Below are positions 63,373 to 64,000 of a stretch of 64,000 bases of DNA, in pieces. The DNA lies in contig JBGAQA010000001.1 in the NCBI GenBank assembly GCA_044220955.1, positions 1 through 64,000 on the forward strand, given 5' to 3'. The DNA is from Sandaracinaceae bacterium. GTDB lineage: Bacteria > Myxococcota_A > Polyangia > Polyangiales > Sandaracinaceae. A program made the position numbers and the translations under genes. Positions within the stretch are counted from its first letter, which is position 1. Every line of letters starts with the position of its first letter. The notes beneath the pieces are model-generated. The model ran no database searches and was not told where the DNA came from. It saw only the letters and a list, made by a program, of their open reading frames with translations.

Positions 63373-64000
63373 ATGGAGGCCATCGTTCTCTCCTTCCGCG
63401 GCGAGCCGCTGCGGATCTTTCCGCTCGACGCGAGGCCGCTCGAGGTCGGGAGCGGCGCGGGGTGCGACATCGTCGTTCACGACGCCAGGGTGCCCGAGCG
63501 GCTGCTGCTGCTGAGGCGGGACGGCCTCGCCGTCGTCGGGCACCGCCTCGACGAGACGGCGCACGCGCCCTTCGCGCTCGTCCCGGAGCGCCCGCTCGCC
63601 GTCGGCGAGCACCACACGATCATGCGCGTGCTCGACGCCGTGACGGGTGAGCGGGCGGCGCTGAGCCGGACCGAGCCGGTGATCGTGACGGGCCGCGAGC
63701 CGTCGCGCCTGAGCCTGCTCGTGGTCGGAGGCGCGGAGTCTCGGCGCCTGCCCCTCGCCTCGAGGCCCGTGGTCATCGGCGCCAACCGCGGCCTCGATCT
63801 CACGCTGCTCGATCGCACCGTGAGCGGGCGGCATGCGCGGATCGAGCCCAGCGAGGACGGCTACCTCGTGCGCGACCTCGGCAGCCGGAACGGGACGTAC
63901 GTCGACGGCGTGCCGACGATCCTCGCGCGCATCGGGCCCGGCTCGCGCATCCGCGTCGGCCGCACCGACCTCGTGGTGGTCGCGAGCGGTGAGCGGGGCG
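63373..64000 (+). CDS. Tandem FHA-domain protein, partial (runs off the right edge)
   Basis: My translation: [16 protein letters not shown]...[13 protein letters not shown] (degenerate FHA), then [24 protein letters not shown]...[14 protein letters not shown] (canonical FHA). Confidence 0.85.
   Translation, partial: MEAIVLSFRGEPLRIFPLDARPLEVGSGAGCDIVVHDARVPERLLLLRRDGLAVVGHRLDETAHAPFALVPERPLAVGEHHTIMRVLDAVTGERAALSRTEPVIVTGREPSRLSLLVVGGAESRRLPLASRPVVIGANRGLDLTLLDRTVSGRHARIEPSEDGYLVRDLGSRNGTYVDGVPTILARIGPGSRIRVGRTDLVVVASGERG

Overview
This is a very GC-rich bacterial chromosomal window. Its gene content points to Myxococcota (Sandaracinus/Polyangiales-like, by inference): Ser/Thr kinase-PEGA proteins, FHA proteins, zinc-ribbon/TPR proteins, a MYXO-CTERM-like tail and many Cys-rich and DAG-linker lipoproteins. 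About 53 plausible CDSs and one tRNA-Pro(CGG) are supported; most other long ORFs in the track are high-GC antisense or out-of-frame shadows. Housekeeping genes (argS, rsmA, gcvT/H/PA, lolA, pfkA, gloA, a RlmL-like methylase, an acyl-CoA dehydrogenase, a MoxR-DUF58-DUF4350 operon) alternate with accessory surface-protein clusters. Best candidates for new biology: (1) a (TGTC)6 tract in the signal-peptide region of a trypsin-like/thrombospondin-3 lipoprotein that currently puts its SD-led ATG out of frame, suggesting a phase-variable locus in the OFF state; (2) two coupled alpha-2-macroglobulin-like genes, the complete one lacking the thioester motif and carrying a large 'bait' insert with a GspG-like motif; (3) a sensor-less sigma54 activator between ric and a hemerythrin gene, each with a -24/-12 promoter; (4) a divergent RsmI-like fusion, a split gcv operon, a surface-anchored GH25 muramidase and many apparently leaderless genes. 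No CRISPR array, integrase or transposase was seen. All calls were made by eye; no database searches were run.
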